Both the position numbers and the translations under genes were made by a program. Positions 13,691 to 25,998 of a stretch of 64,000 nt of DNA are shown one piece after another (positions within the stretch are counted from its first letter, which is position 1; each line of letters begins with the position of its first letter). The DNA is from Octopus vulgaris (taxonomy: Eukaryota): contig OX597821.1 in assembly GCA_951406725.2 (NCBI GenBank), positions 99,820,001-99,884,000 on the forward strand. The letters run 5' to 3'. Below the pieces are notes generated by a model. The model made no database searches. It worked only from the letters and a program-made list of their open reading frames with translations, and was not told the DNA's origin.

Positions 13691-14392
13691 GTACACAGAA
13701 AAAACATATATATACATAGCAGCATCAGCACCAAGCAATGATTTGAAATAAATGAACTTTAGGTTAGTTAAAATATGTTTGTGATGTATTTTAACTTAAC
13801 TAACCTAAAGTTTGTCTATTTGTAATTACTGCTTGGTGCTGATGCTACTATTTTGATTCCGACCTGGTGGTTCACTAGAGTAACTTAGTCATTGATGTTG
13901 ACTGTCTTTTTAGTTAAAGCTACAGCTTTGAATCTACCCAGAGTTACCTCTCTTTGGTATTTTCCATTGAGGAAGGCTAAAGAGCCAGAAATGAGATGCA
14001 CTTAGCAGATATGATATTTTCACACATCTTACCATAAGAGAAAATGTTTTTCTCCAAGGTAACTGCAGTGATTTTACATTTAGATGTAAGAATATGTTTC
14101 AAATATATTTTAACTAACCTAAAGCTCATATACACACGTACATTTATATGTATATATATATAAGTATATGTGAGTGTCTCTATAACTGTATGTGTGTATG
14201 TGCACACGTGTGCATGTTTGAATGTATAAGTGTGAATGTGTGTGTGTGTGTGTGTGTGCGTGTGTATGTGTAGTACAAATCTAAATTATGGAAAATTCAC
14301 ATTAATAGATATTGTTTTAAATGGAAAATGTTATAAAATGCAATAATATGAAAAGCCGAAGGTTTCTTTTAATAGCAATAATGATGATGATG

Positions 14393-14423
<31 letters not shown>

Positions 14424-14883
14424 GAAGAAGAAGAACAACAACAACAGCAACAACAAACAATAATAATAATAAATGATTGAAGAAAAAAAATTCAACCTCA
14501 AAATATATCTTTATTAAAAATGAAAATCTCAAAAACCTAACAAAATCCACAAATATGAAATTGTTTACGAAATTTAGTGAATATATTATATTCAATTTCT
14601 TCTGCATTTATTTTTTAATTTTATTATACTTTTGTTTTATTATGAATGACACAGGTATTTATGGTTTGATTCAGAATCCTGAAGTTGCTTTTCTGTTGAT
14701 TACATGCGTTTTTTAGTGATTAGCGTTTAATTTTATGGTGCATCGATCTGTTTGTCAAAGAAGCAATAACAGTAGAAACCAATAATTTTCCTGCTGTAAC
14801 TTAGCTTGAGAAAGACACCCCAATGGCTAATTTGAAGTTTGGTCTATTAACAAGGAGGAAAAATCAATTACCACCATGTATAG

Positions 14884-14884
<1 letters not shown>

Positions 14885-14936
<52 letters not shown>

Positions 14937-15131
14937 ATGTATGTATGTATGTATGTATGTATGTATGTATGTATGTATGTATGTATGTATGTATGTGTGT
15001 GTGTGTGTGTTGTATGTATATAGGTTGATAGATATATATGTAAACATATATATATACATATGCACACATGTATACTCATACACATGTATGCATATATATG
15101 CATGCATACACATTTGCACTCACACATGCGT

Positions 15132-15186
<55 letters not shown>

Positions 15187-15592
15187 CATACATACACACA
15201 CAAATGTACTTGCAAACACATGTGTGTTGTGTGTATGCATATAGATTGATAGATACGTGTATACATATACACATATGCATACACACACACGTGTATTTGT
15301 ATACTCATAAACGTAAGTATGCATATATATATATATATGCATTATGTATGCATACACATATAAGCATACACACATGTGTACATATATATATATATATATA
15401 TACACGCACATACACACAAACATATACACATACATACACGCATGTGTGTGTTTGTTGTGCATATGTATATAGATTGATAGATATATATGTATGTATGTAT
15501 ACGCATACACACACACATATACACACACACACACACAAACATATATACATATATATATACATACATATATATGTGTGTGAATATATATATAT
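14885..15592. repeat. Compound (TG)/(TATG)/(TA)/(CA) microsatellite
   Basis: Directly visible. Confidence 0.95.
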
Positions 15593-15980
15593 TCTGCCAC
15601 CCAACGGTTATCACGGCAGTAGCCACTGACAGCCGAACGATCAAACGCACACACGTACACAAAAAATGTTTTCTACCCCTACGCCAACACACACATATAT
15701 AGAACAGTATACACACACACACGTCTCTAAGTAGATTTTTTCTCGCCCCTTATAAAACATCCAATATTCCTTAAATAGTCAGAACTTTATTCTCGGTCAC
15801 AAAGAACATCTACGCACCCTCACCCACATGATTGACCGATGCTTGACCCGTTGAATTCTTCAGCCACCGGTTCTCAACATACACTGATAAACAGTTTCGC
15901 CATGGGCTCTTTGGAGCATAGTTCGATTTGTTTTTGCTCCGCCTCTGTTCTGTTTTTGTTTTTCCAACGGATTTCCTATT

Positions 15981-16067
15981 TTCTTCCTGAAGAGAAAGAC
16001 ACAATATGGTCCCATTATTCCATCGGATTTTGGTAATTTGTGCCTTTCGAAACACGTGTAGAATGAA
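15981..16067 (+). ncRNA. Type I hammerhead, intact core
   Basis: ttcttc CTGAAGA gaaagacacaa-[33 nt]-ttgtgcctttc GAAA cacgtg TA gaatgaa. Stem II pairs at 10 of 11 positions, stem III is the palindrome ACACGTGT, predicted cleavage after 16060. Confidence 0.85.
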
Positions 16068-16277
16068 ATAAAACGATTTCTGTTCAATCTGCGTTCAGCT
16101 CCATTTCTTCAATTCACCAATAATGTTCTAATTTCAATTATCCGCACCAACGCACGGTTGCAACACCATATGGTTGTACCTCCAACCGTGCTGTTTTACT
16201 GCTGTGATTTTTGCTACTAAGGTATCGGTTAAACTTTTGATTAATCTACTACAAGATTATTCATCTTTCTATTTCAC

Positions 16278-16314
<37 letters not shown>

Positions 16315-16316
16315 GT

Positions 16317-16355
<39 letters not shown>

Positions 16356-16496
16356 TGTAAATGTTCATGTTTATGTTGATTCACAATTAGCTGAGGAGAT
16401 GATATATTTCACTTATTTTATACATTTATATGAATATTAATTCCCTATCTGTATGTAAGGATATCTCTACCTCCATCCCCAACCCAATGCATGTGT

Positions 16497-16543
<47 letters not shown>

Positions 16544-16935
16544 GTTGGTGTATGTATGTGTATATATACTCACCCATGCAAGCATGCATTTATGTCTAAA
16601 CTGCACTTATACATGCATAGGTGTAGTTATGTCTGAGCCTTTTTATTATTATGTTGGAATATATTAATGGGAAGAAGGTGACAAAAAGGAAAAAAACAGA
16701 AGAAATATTGTACTACAGATTGGGGAGCTATGTTGTATGGAAAAATTAAACATGTGAGAATAGTGAAGGAGGCAAGAGAGATTTAATAGGCTTGGCAAAA
16801 AAGCCATTTTTGTGAGAAGACGTGAATGTATGTTTGTATATATATACATATATGCACACACACACATATAAATGCACATACACATATAAATATATATAAA
16901 TATATGTATGCGAGCACACACATATGCACATACAT

Positions 16936-16971
<36 letters not shown>

Positions 16972-17274
16972 TCACATACACATGGCTTTCTTTCCTTGCC
17001 TATTAAAATCTCCCTTGCTTCATTCACTGTTCTTGCTGGTGTAAACTTCCATACAGCATATCTCCTTAGTATCTAGTGCAATATTTCTCCATGGGTGCAG
17101 AGATGGCTGTGTGATTAAGACATTTGCTTCCCAACTACAACATAGTTCTATGTTCAGTCCGATTGCATGCAAGTACATTCCCCTATGGCCTCAGGACAAC
17201 CATAGATTTGTAAGTTGGTTTGGTAGATGGAAATTGAAAGAAACCAATTCTGCATGTGTATGTGTGTGTGTGTG

Positions 17275-17324
<50 letters not shown>

Positions 17325-17327
<3 letters not shown>

Positions 17328-18005
17328 ACCATCCGAACGTGGTCGTTGCCAGCGCAGCCCCAACTGGCCTCTGTGCCAGTGGCATGTAAAAAGCACCATT
17401 TGATCGTAGCTGTTGCCAGCTTTGCCTGGCCTCCGTGCCGGTGGCACGTAAAAAGCAGCATCCAATTGTGGCCGTTTGCCAGCCTCTTCTGGCCTCCGTG
17501 CCGGTGGCACGTAAAAAGCACCCACTACACTCATGGAGTGGTTGGCGTTAGGAAGGGCATCCAGCTATAGAAACATTGTCAGATCAGACTGGGCCTGGTG
17601 CAGCCTTCTGGCTTTCCAGACCCCAGTTGAACCGTCCAACCCATGCTAGCATGGAAAGTGGACGCTAAACGATGATGATAATGATGATGATGATGATGAT
17701 ATCATCATCGTTCATCATCATCATCATTTAACGTCCGTTTTCCGTGCTAGCACGGGTTTGACGGTTCGATCGGGGTCTGGGAAGCCAGGGGCTGCTCCAG
17801 GCTCCAGTCTGATCTGGCAGAGTTTCTACGGCAGGATGCCCTTCTTAACGCCAACCACTCCGCGAGTGTAGTGGGTGCTTTTTATGTGCCACCTGCACAG
17901 CTGCCAGGGGTGGGGGTCCGGCATCGGTCACGATCGGTTGGAGCTTTTAACGTGCCAGCGGCACGGAAGCCAGCCAAGGCGGCGCTGGCAACGTTCAGAT
18001 GGTCT
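17325..18005. mobile_element. Two RTE 3'-UTR fragments joined tail-to-tail
   Basis: 17325-17700 (+) and 17701-18005 (-) both match the UTR at 24586-24850 and meet at (gat)n/(atc)n. Confidence 0.8.
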
Positions 18006-19726
18006 TTGGTCTTTTTATGTATATATATATATATATATATAAACTCTTTAAACTAACTAGCTCCAGCTCGAAGGCTGTGGTCATGCTGGGGCACCACTAT
18101 TGGATTTGCTAAACCTTCATTATTTGGGACCTCTTCTGATATGTGGCATTTGGTGAAAGAGGGAGTTTGATGCTGCTGCTCTCATCTGTGTTTCCTGCCA
18201 TGAAGTAGGCTCATCCAGAATCAATGACAGGGGGAGATCCAGTTTTGTTTTGAAGACATCTACATCATCACCATACAAGTATATATATATATATATATAT
18301 ATTATCAAATATAATAAAGGGTAAAATTAATTAATTAATTAATAATTAATAATTCCACCAAGTAGTATTCGGTATGTTAAAAGGACCATTTTTGGTAAAC
18401 TTAAACAATATTTCTTATAATTATGAGTATAATTATAATTAGGGTTCAGCAAAAAAATTTGCTTCACCACATACCGAACTTTAGAAATAGCAGCCAAAGA
18501 ACTTAGCTATTTCTTTTACTATAAGAAGAAAACTCCCGGACAACATATACTCAAAAAACAATTCATGTAGGTAGAGAGGAACAATAACGAATATTCACTC
18601 AGTATTTGATTACCTGTGGACATGTTTCGGAATTAGATCGATCGGTTGATCTAATTCCGAAACCAAATCCACTCACAAGGCTTTTGTTGGCCCAAGGCTA
18701 TGGTAGAAGACACTTGCCCAAAGTGCCATGCTGTGGGACTGAACCTAGAACCATGTGGTTGGTAAGCAAGCTACTTACCACACAGCCACTTCTAGGCTTC
18801 GTTCAGTTTCTGCCTGCTACTTACAAAGCTCTGGTTGGCCTGAGGCTATAGAAGAAGACGCCCAAGCTATCACGTAGTGGGACTGAATCCAGAACCATGT
18901 GGTTGAGAAGCGAGCTTCTTACCACACTGCCATGTCTGTGCATATTTATACATATATGTTTGTATACTTGTGTGTGTGTGTGTGTGCTGAATATATTGTT
19001 TTTATCTTCTTTTATTGATGGCCGAAGTGGTTAGGATGTTTTTCTCATGGTCATAAAGCGATAGTTTCAATTTCTTGACCAGTGGTGTGATGCATTGTAC
19101 CCTTAAGCAAGGATCTTCATTTCATCATGTTGCCTCCATAGTCTATTCAGAATACTGGTGTAGCACTCTTTCCCACCATCTATTACATCCTAGATGTTCT
19201 GCTGGATCAAATGCCATGGAAAGGAGAGGGTGTCCAAACTTCCTTGCAACATCATAGGAAGAATGGTAGATGTTTCTAAACCATCACTCTCTCAGCGGTG
19301 ACAGTTGGCTGCACTGTTGTGTACAGCTATGATGGAGCAATGCCTTCCAGGAATATTCATCCCACTTAGTTCAGCACTTATATTGTGGAACCCGGTGTCA
19401 AGTAGCAATGAGTTATGGCCCTTCTGGAGAGTTAACTCCCTTTAGTGATGCAAATACTGAAAAGAATTTACACCAATATACACATAGACAATATTTACAC
19501 ATGCAGACTACACATAAATGCAGACAGATATATATATATATGATGAGGTTCAATACAGTTTTAGTGCAACAAATTTGAGTTGCTAGGTATCAATCAGCCC
19601 AAATCTATGCTGGTAGACATTTATCTAAAATAGTACTCAACGGAATTGCACCCAGATGACAGAGTTGTGAAGAGAGCTTCTTAACCAGAAGAATGATTTG
19701 CAACTACGTGTGTGCATACATATATA

Positions 19727-19798
<72 letters not shown>

Positions 19799-19816
19799 TG
19801 TATGTGTGTATATGTG

Positions 19817-19863
<47 letters not shown>

Positions 19864-20055
19864 ACACACACATCACACGGAATTGTAGGATAGTATCCTA
19901 TGATACTGTCTGATGTGTGTGTGTGTGAGTGTATGTGTATACATACATACATACATACATACATATATGCATATATATGTGTATACATTCATATATATAT
20001 GTATGTATACATGCGTATATAAGCAAATATTTGTGTACATATGCACATGCGCGTG

Positions 20056-20086
<31 letters not shown>

Positions 20087-20840
20087 TCAGACACACACAC
20101 ACACACATACACGAGTGGACAATTGACCTTTCAATTAATTTTCAATTATCAAATGAAGCTTTTGTTGGTGATGTTTACCAGTAAATTAATATAATTTGTA
20201 ATTTATATCGGTGTCGACCGGCTTGAAATTTTATCTTATTAATCTGACTGATTCGTTTATATTCCATTTACCTGATCTGATTCTAAAGACCTAAAGAGAG
20301 GTGATTATTTATCATCTTCAGGAAATCTCTATCAGCAACAGGAATCTCAGAAAAGTGCTTCAAAAGATAGCTCTTAGCTTAATGTCTATCATAATCATCA
20401 AGGAATGATGTTTCTTTAAGTTCTATTTGTATTTGTATTGTTATTGTTAGCCATATGTAGTGTAGCAATCTGGCAGAATTGTTGGTCTGCTTAGCAGAAT
20501 ACTAAGCAGCATTTTATCCGTCTTTATTTTCTGAGTTCAAATTCCATCAAGGTTGATTTTGTCTTTCATTCTTTTAGGGTTGATAAAATACATACCGGTT
20601 GACCCCTGAGATCAATGTAATTGACTTACTTCTCCCTTCGAATTTGCTGGCCTTGTGCGAAAATTTGAAAATAATATTAGGCATATGTAGGCACAGGCAT
20701 AGATGTGTGGTTTACTTCACAGTCATGTGGCTTTGGGTTCAGTCCCACAGTGCATCATCATGGACCTGTATCTTCTACTATAGCTCCAGGCAAAACAAAG
20801 CTTTGTGACTTGGTAGATGGAAACTGAAAGAAGCTCATTG

Positions 20841-20883
<43 letters not shown>

Positions 20884-22075
20884 TTGTGTGTACCCTTGTC
20901 TTGATACCACATGTGATGAATGTAAATGAGCATCTTTGTCATACAAGTGAGAAGACATATTCAGCTACCTTCTCCAATCAAATAGCATAGATGAGCTGCT
21001 ACAGGAAACAGTCATAAATTAGACTAGTTCATTAGGGAATAGCTTAATTTGCATACTTGTTTGGATAACATATCTAGCCATGAGAAATATCACCTTTCTT
21101 GGAAAGCGGTGAAGTTTGATAACAAGAAAAGCGAAGAACATCTGATTGTAGAAAATCTGTCTCAACAAATTCTATCTGACATTTGCAAGGATGGAAAAGT
21201 GGACGTTAAATGATGATAATATGTAAATGTGAAAATGTGTGGCCTGTTGGTAGGAATGCAGGACAGATGACTGTTAAATCATGGCTTTGATTCTTGGATT
21301 GATTTTCCACCTGGAGGATTGAACTGATTCACTTTACTCAGCTAAAATGGAGGCCTTGTGGCAGCTGCATGGCTGGAGGAATTTACAATTAAAACTTAGC
21401 CATCACTCAATGATGGTTCTCAGTCTGTTCAATGGTGATGATTCAGTTTGATCAATTGAATTATCTGCTCCTGAAACGCTGAGTAAGTGGATGAGTATCC
21501 CGAGGAGACGGGTATACTCAATGTAAGTTTGATACAGTGCCTCATAATGCTGTAATTTTGAATCACAAGTATAATCCTTCTAAAGGGTTCTTTACAATTT
21601 CCATCCACCTAATTTCACTCAGAAGTTGACCTGAGGCTTTGGAAAATAACATTTGACAAAGACAAGTGCATTGTAGGCATTTAAGCAGTTTGCTTTGCAC
21701 CCTCTTGGTTGCACAGCAAACTTTTTAAACATTTGGCCACATTGTGTCACATACACACAAACACAGAGCAAACACAACATGTATGCATATATTAGTATAT
21801 TAGTATAAATTGTTATCAGTATGGTAATATTACAAACTGGCCACTTGATAAAATCATTAAAATGGTTTTATCCTTAATTTTGTATAAATGTATATTTTTT
21901 TCTCCTGATCAAATTACATTCACTACCATATTATTTTGATCATACAAGCACGTGGTTGAGATGGGAAAAAATTAAATTAACTAGTGTGTACATGTAAATG
22001 TATGTATATAATCATGTGGATGTATGTTATTTGTATGGGTATATATAAATATTTGCATTTATATACTTTGGGTAT

Positions 22076-22132
22076 ATTGTACTGATGACAGAAAGAGGCT
22101 TTACAACCCTAAACCAGAAGTTGATCTACAAT
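22076..22132 (+). ncRNA. Degenerate type I hammerhead
   Basis: attgta CTGATGA [28 nt] GAAG ttga TC tacaat. Perfect 6-bp stem I, but GAAA is mutated and stem II is poor. Confidence 0.5.
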
Positions 22133-22483
22133 TAACCATTTAAAAAAACCGTATTCAAATAATTTTTTTGCCCAGGGATGTCCTCATCAATCTCTACAGA
22201 CCTTTCAGGATGAGACTTGTCTTCTAGGCTGTCATTTCTGGCTCAGAATCTTTGGAACCACCGTTGACACTGGCTTACGCTTATTGTCCAATCCCCATAT
22301 ACTACATTAATATTCCTCACAATTTCAGTTGCGTTGTTGCCTTTATTAAACTCATAAAACGAAATATTGAGAATTATTTCTATAATGCATTTATGTAAAA
22401 TTGCTATATCCAATAGTATTATTCTGCTATATTAAGTAGCTATTTAAGCAATGTGTTTGTGGATGGTTAGTGAGTTGGATTTA

Positions 22484-22524
22484 GCACTGAAGAAGGAGCA
22501 AAAATTCCTGAAATATGTACATAC
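22484..22524 (+). ncRNA. Degenerate hammerhead core
   Basis: CTGAAGA agga-gcaaaaat-tcct GAAA tatgTA. Core and stem II are intact; stem I is not recoverable. Confidence 0.4.
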
Positions 22525-23449
22525 ATCCATTACCGATTTTTCTATCTTTGATTCCATTGTTTACATATACTTATTTGTATATGAAATGTCATAACTTGCT
22601 GTGCTGGCTCTAGGTTCTATAGAAAATTTGCAGAGACAACTTTAAAAAGTGAATTTCTATAATGTTTAAGAATATGTGATTTCTTTTTCAAGCCTCTTCT
22701 GCTTGATGGATTGAACCATGTGTGGTTGAGTGTCTTGTCTAAGATCACAGTGTTAACGTGAAATTCGATCTCAAGACTGCCATAAGTGAGCACTAATGTC
22801 AATACAAAAGCCAAGACCTGTCTATAAAGACACCAATGTTTTATAGTATTACTGTATAAGGATGGGTTGTTGTTATACATCTACATTTTAAGGAAGTAAA
22901 AAAGGGTATAAGGATTCTGTTTCTACTAAGTCTTTTCCTCTGTATATGTGCATATGTGTGTGTGTGTGTATGTGTGCTTGTGTATGTGTGTGTGTGTGTG
23001 TGCACGCGCTATCAAAATAGTTGGTTATAGAATGTGATGAGTTGCCATAGTTGCATTTCTAAAAGAAAAAAAAAAACCTGGGGAAGTTATTGTGTGACAA
23101 CTCTAAGAGAATGAGGACACATGGACTAGTGGTTAGGGTGTTGCACTCATGATCATGAGATCATGGTTTCAATTCCTGGACCAAGTGGTGTGTTGTATTC
23201 TTGAGCAAAACACTTCATTTCATGTTGCTTTGCAATCATTTCAACACCTGATGTGAGGTACACCAAGCACCTTTACAGGTAATGTCAATTTGATGGAGGG
23301 AATGAGCCAACGTATAGCACACACATTTGAGAAATATAAACAAATCACTTGCGTAGATTCTTCAGCAAGAATTTGCAGAACCATCTTTCTGGGACTATGA
23401 AAGACTGCCATCATTTTAAGAGTCATGATTCAAACAGTTTGGATTGTAT

Positions 23450-24345
23450 CTGAGGTACAATACAATCCAGTATTGTACCTCAGGTAATTGTCTCAAAACC
23501 ATTAATATTTGCAATATCTCCATCATTGATAGATTCGTGAATGCCAGAAAAGTCATTCTTCCTAGTGATGCTAATAACGCTGAAATTTGGAGGTTAAATA
23601 AGAGGCCAAATGATGTTAAATTTCTGCAGTAGGACCTTGATGCTGCATAAAGACAAGAGGATGAAGCAATGGAAAATTTAACACTGAAGAAAGTTCAAGC
23701 ACTTTGCTATCAACATCCAAGCACATTGCAGCATGGATACTCAGAATCAAAGAAGACCATAAATACTAGAACAAAGTCTGTGAGAGACCAGGATATCCTA
23801 ATGGTTAATCTTATAATTATGCTGTCTGAATGATCAATATACAGCAAAAAAAGGGAGGGAGAGAGAAATAACTGAAAATATAGCAAATGGCAAATATTGT
23901 TATAAATGCTTGCATGCAATAATTTTGTTCAAACATAAAAAATCCTTAGAATTTATCCAAGTTTTTAATGTTGTTGACTTCTTCTCAGAATATAATATTT
24001 GAAGCATCAAAAATTGTTAAGAATTGGCATTGAAGAATTACATTGGCATTCTAGAATTACATGTCTTTAATGCTCATATTATCAAAATAGAATCAAATTT
24101 CATACAACTGACAGGATGGAGCCAGAAAACATTTGGATAAATATAACATGATGAAGATGTTCCGAGTGAGGAAGATTCTTGCTCTCAGATGTTTGGACTA
24201 TTGTTTACATGTGAGGTATCTTATAGTTTATGCCACCAACAAACTAGGAGAAATCCAATAATATTTCATAATGAAGGTCATATCTATGGACAGCTGAGCT
24301 ATTAAGATAAGTTGAAAGTTCTATATCTTCACTTTGGAGAGATGA
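23450..24345 (+). mobile_element. Highly decayed CR1/Jockey-type LINE RT region
   Basis: Remnants ANNAEI...LQ*DL (FADDTKI...LQxDL-like) and KSVRDQDI (VKDLGI-like). A related 3' piece, DVFKTKLDL..LILDEP, lies at 18120-18275 (-). Confidence 0.5.
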
Positions 24346-24561
24346 AAGGAAATGTATGCAGTGATGTATGTTTGGAAAGGCTTTGAATTAACAAGTATTA
24401 GATCAGTGTGGTAAGTAGCTTGCTTACGAACCACATAGTTCTGGGTTCAGTCCCACTGAATGGCACCTTAGGCAAGTGTCTTCTACTATAGCCTTGGGCC
24501 GACCAAAGCCTTGTGAGTGGATTTGGTAGACTGAAACTGAAAGAAGCGTGTCGTATATATA

Positions 24562-25951
24562 TCATCATCATCATCATCATCATCGTTTAACGTCCGTTCT
24601 CCATGCTAGCATGGGTTGGACGGTTCGACCGGGGTTCTGGGAAGCCAGAAGGCTGCACCAGGCTCCAGTCTAATCTGGCAATGTTTCTACAGCTGGATGC
24701 CCTTCCTAACGCCAACCACTCCGTGAGTGTAGTGGGTGCTTTTTTACGTGCCACCTGCACAGGTGCCAGGCGAGGCTGGCAACGGCCACGGTCGGATTGG
24801 TGTATTTTATGTGCCACCGGCACGGAAGCCAGTCGAGGCGGTGCTGGCATCGGCCACGAGTCGGATAGTGCTTTTACGTACCACCAGACCAGGGATCCTG
24901 GCTGGTTCAATTCGATTTCGATTTCGATTTTGCTTGCCCCAACATGTCTTCACAAGCAAAGGGGGTTGGCATGGGTGCCTGTCGTACGGTCAGATTGGAG
25001 TATTTTACGTGCCACCGGCACGGAAGCCAGACGAAGCGGCGCTGGCATCGGCCACGAGTTGGATAGTGCTTTTTACGTACCACCAGACCAGGGATCCTGG
25101 CTGGTTCAATTCGGTTTCGATTTCGCTTGCCCCAACATGTCTTCGCAAGCAGAGGGGGTTGGCATGGGTGTCTGTCGTCGGATGAGGTTCTATATCGACT
25201 TCGCTTGCTTCAACAGGTCTTTGTGTCCAAGGGAGGAAAGGCATTCATAAGTGGGCTGGGCTCACTTGTCCTGCCTGGTCTTCTCACGTACAGAATATTT
25301 CCAAAGGTCTCGGTCGCTGGTCATTTCCTCAGTGAGGCCTAAAGTTCGAAGGTCGTGCTTCACCACCTCGTCCCAGGTTTTCCTGGGTCTACCTCTTCCA
25401 CGGGTTCCCTCAACTGCTAGGGATTGGCACTTTCTCACACACCTATCTTCATCCATTCTCGCCACATGACCATACCAGCGCAATCGTCTCTCTTGCACAC
25501 CACAACCGATGCTTCTTAGGTACAACATTTCTCTCAAGGTGCTAACACTCTGTCGAGTATGTACACTGACATTACACATCCATCGGAGCATACTGGCTTC
25601 ATTCCTCACGAGCTTACGCATGTCCTCAGCAGTCACGGCCCATGTTTCACTGCCATGTAGCATGGCTGTTCGTACACACGCATCATACAGTCTGCCTTTT
25701 ACTCTGAGCGAGAGGCCTTTAGTCACCAGCAGAGGTAAGAGCTCCCTAAACTTTGCCCAGGCTATTCTTATTCTAGCAGTTACACTTTCAGCGCACCCTC
25801 CCCCACTACTGACTTGGTCACCTAGATAACGGAAGCTATCAACTACTTCTAGTTATTCCCCCTGGAAAGTGATGGAAGTTGTTTTCTGCAGATTTTCGGA
25901 GGTTAATGCTCCCGAGCATCTGCTACATACAAAAACTATCTTCCCAGTTAG

Positions 25952-25953
<2 letters not shown>
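24562..25953 (-). mobile_element. Young 5'-truncated RTE LINE with 3' UTR and (GAT)n tail
   Basis: LEVVDSFRYLGD...KGRLYDACVRTAMLHGSETWA...RRLRWYGHVARM...GRGRPRKTW is the RTE C-terminus. The UTR ends ggacgttaaacgatgatgatg. Confidence 0.93.

Positions 25954-25998
<45 letters not shown>

Noticed and set aside
20205-20326. Further CTGANGA cores (20315 -, 2009 +, 16391 +, 36950 +, 37898 +, 62673 -)
   Set aside because: Missing GAAA, damaged core or unpaired stems; too degenerate to call.
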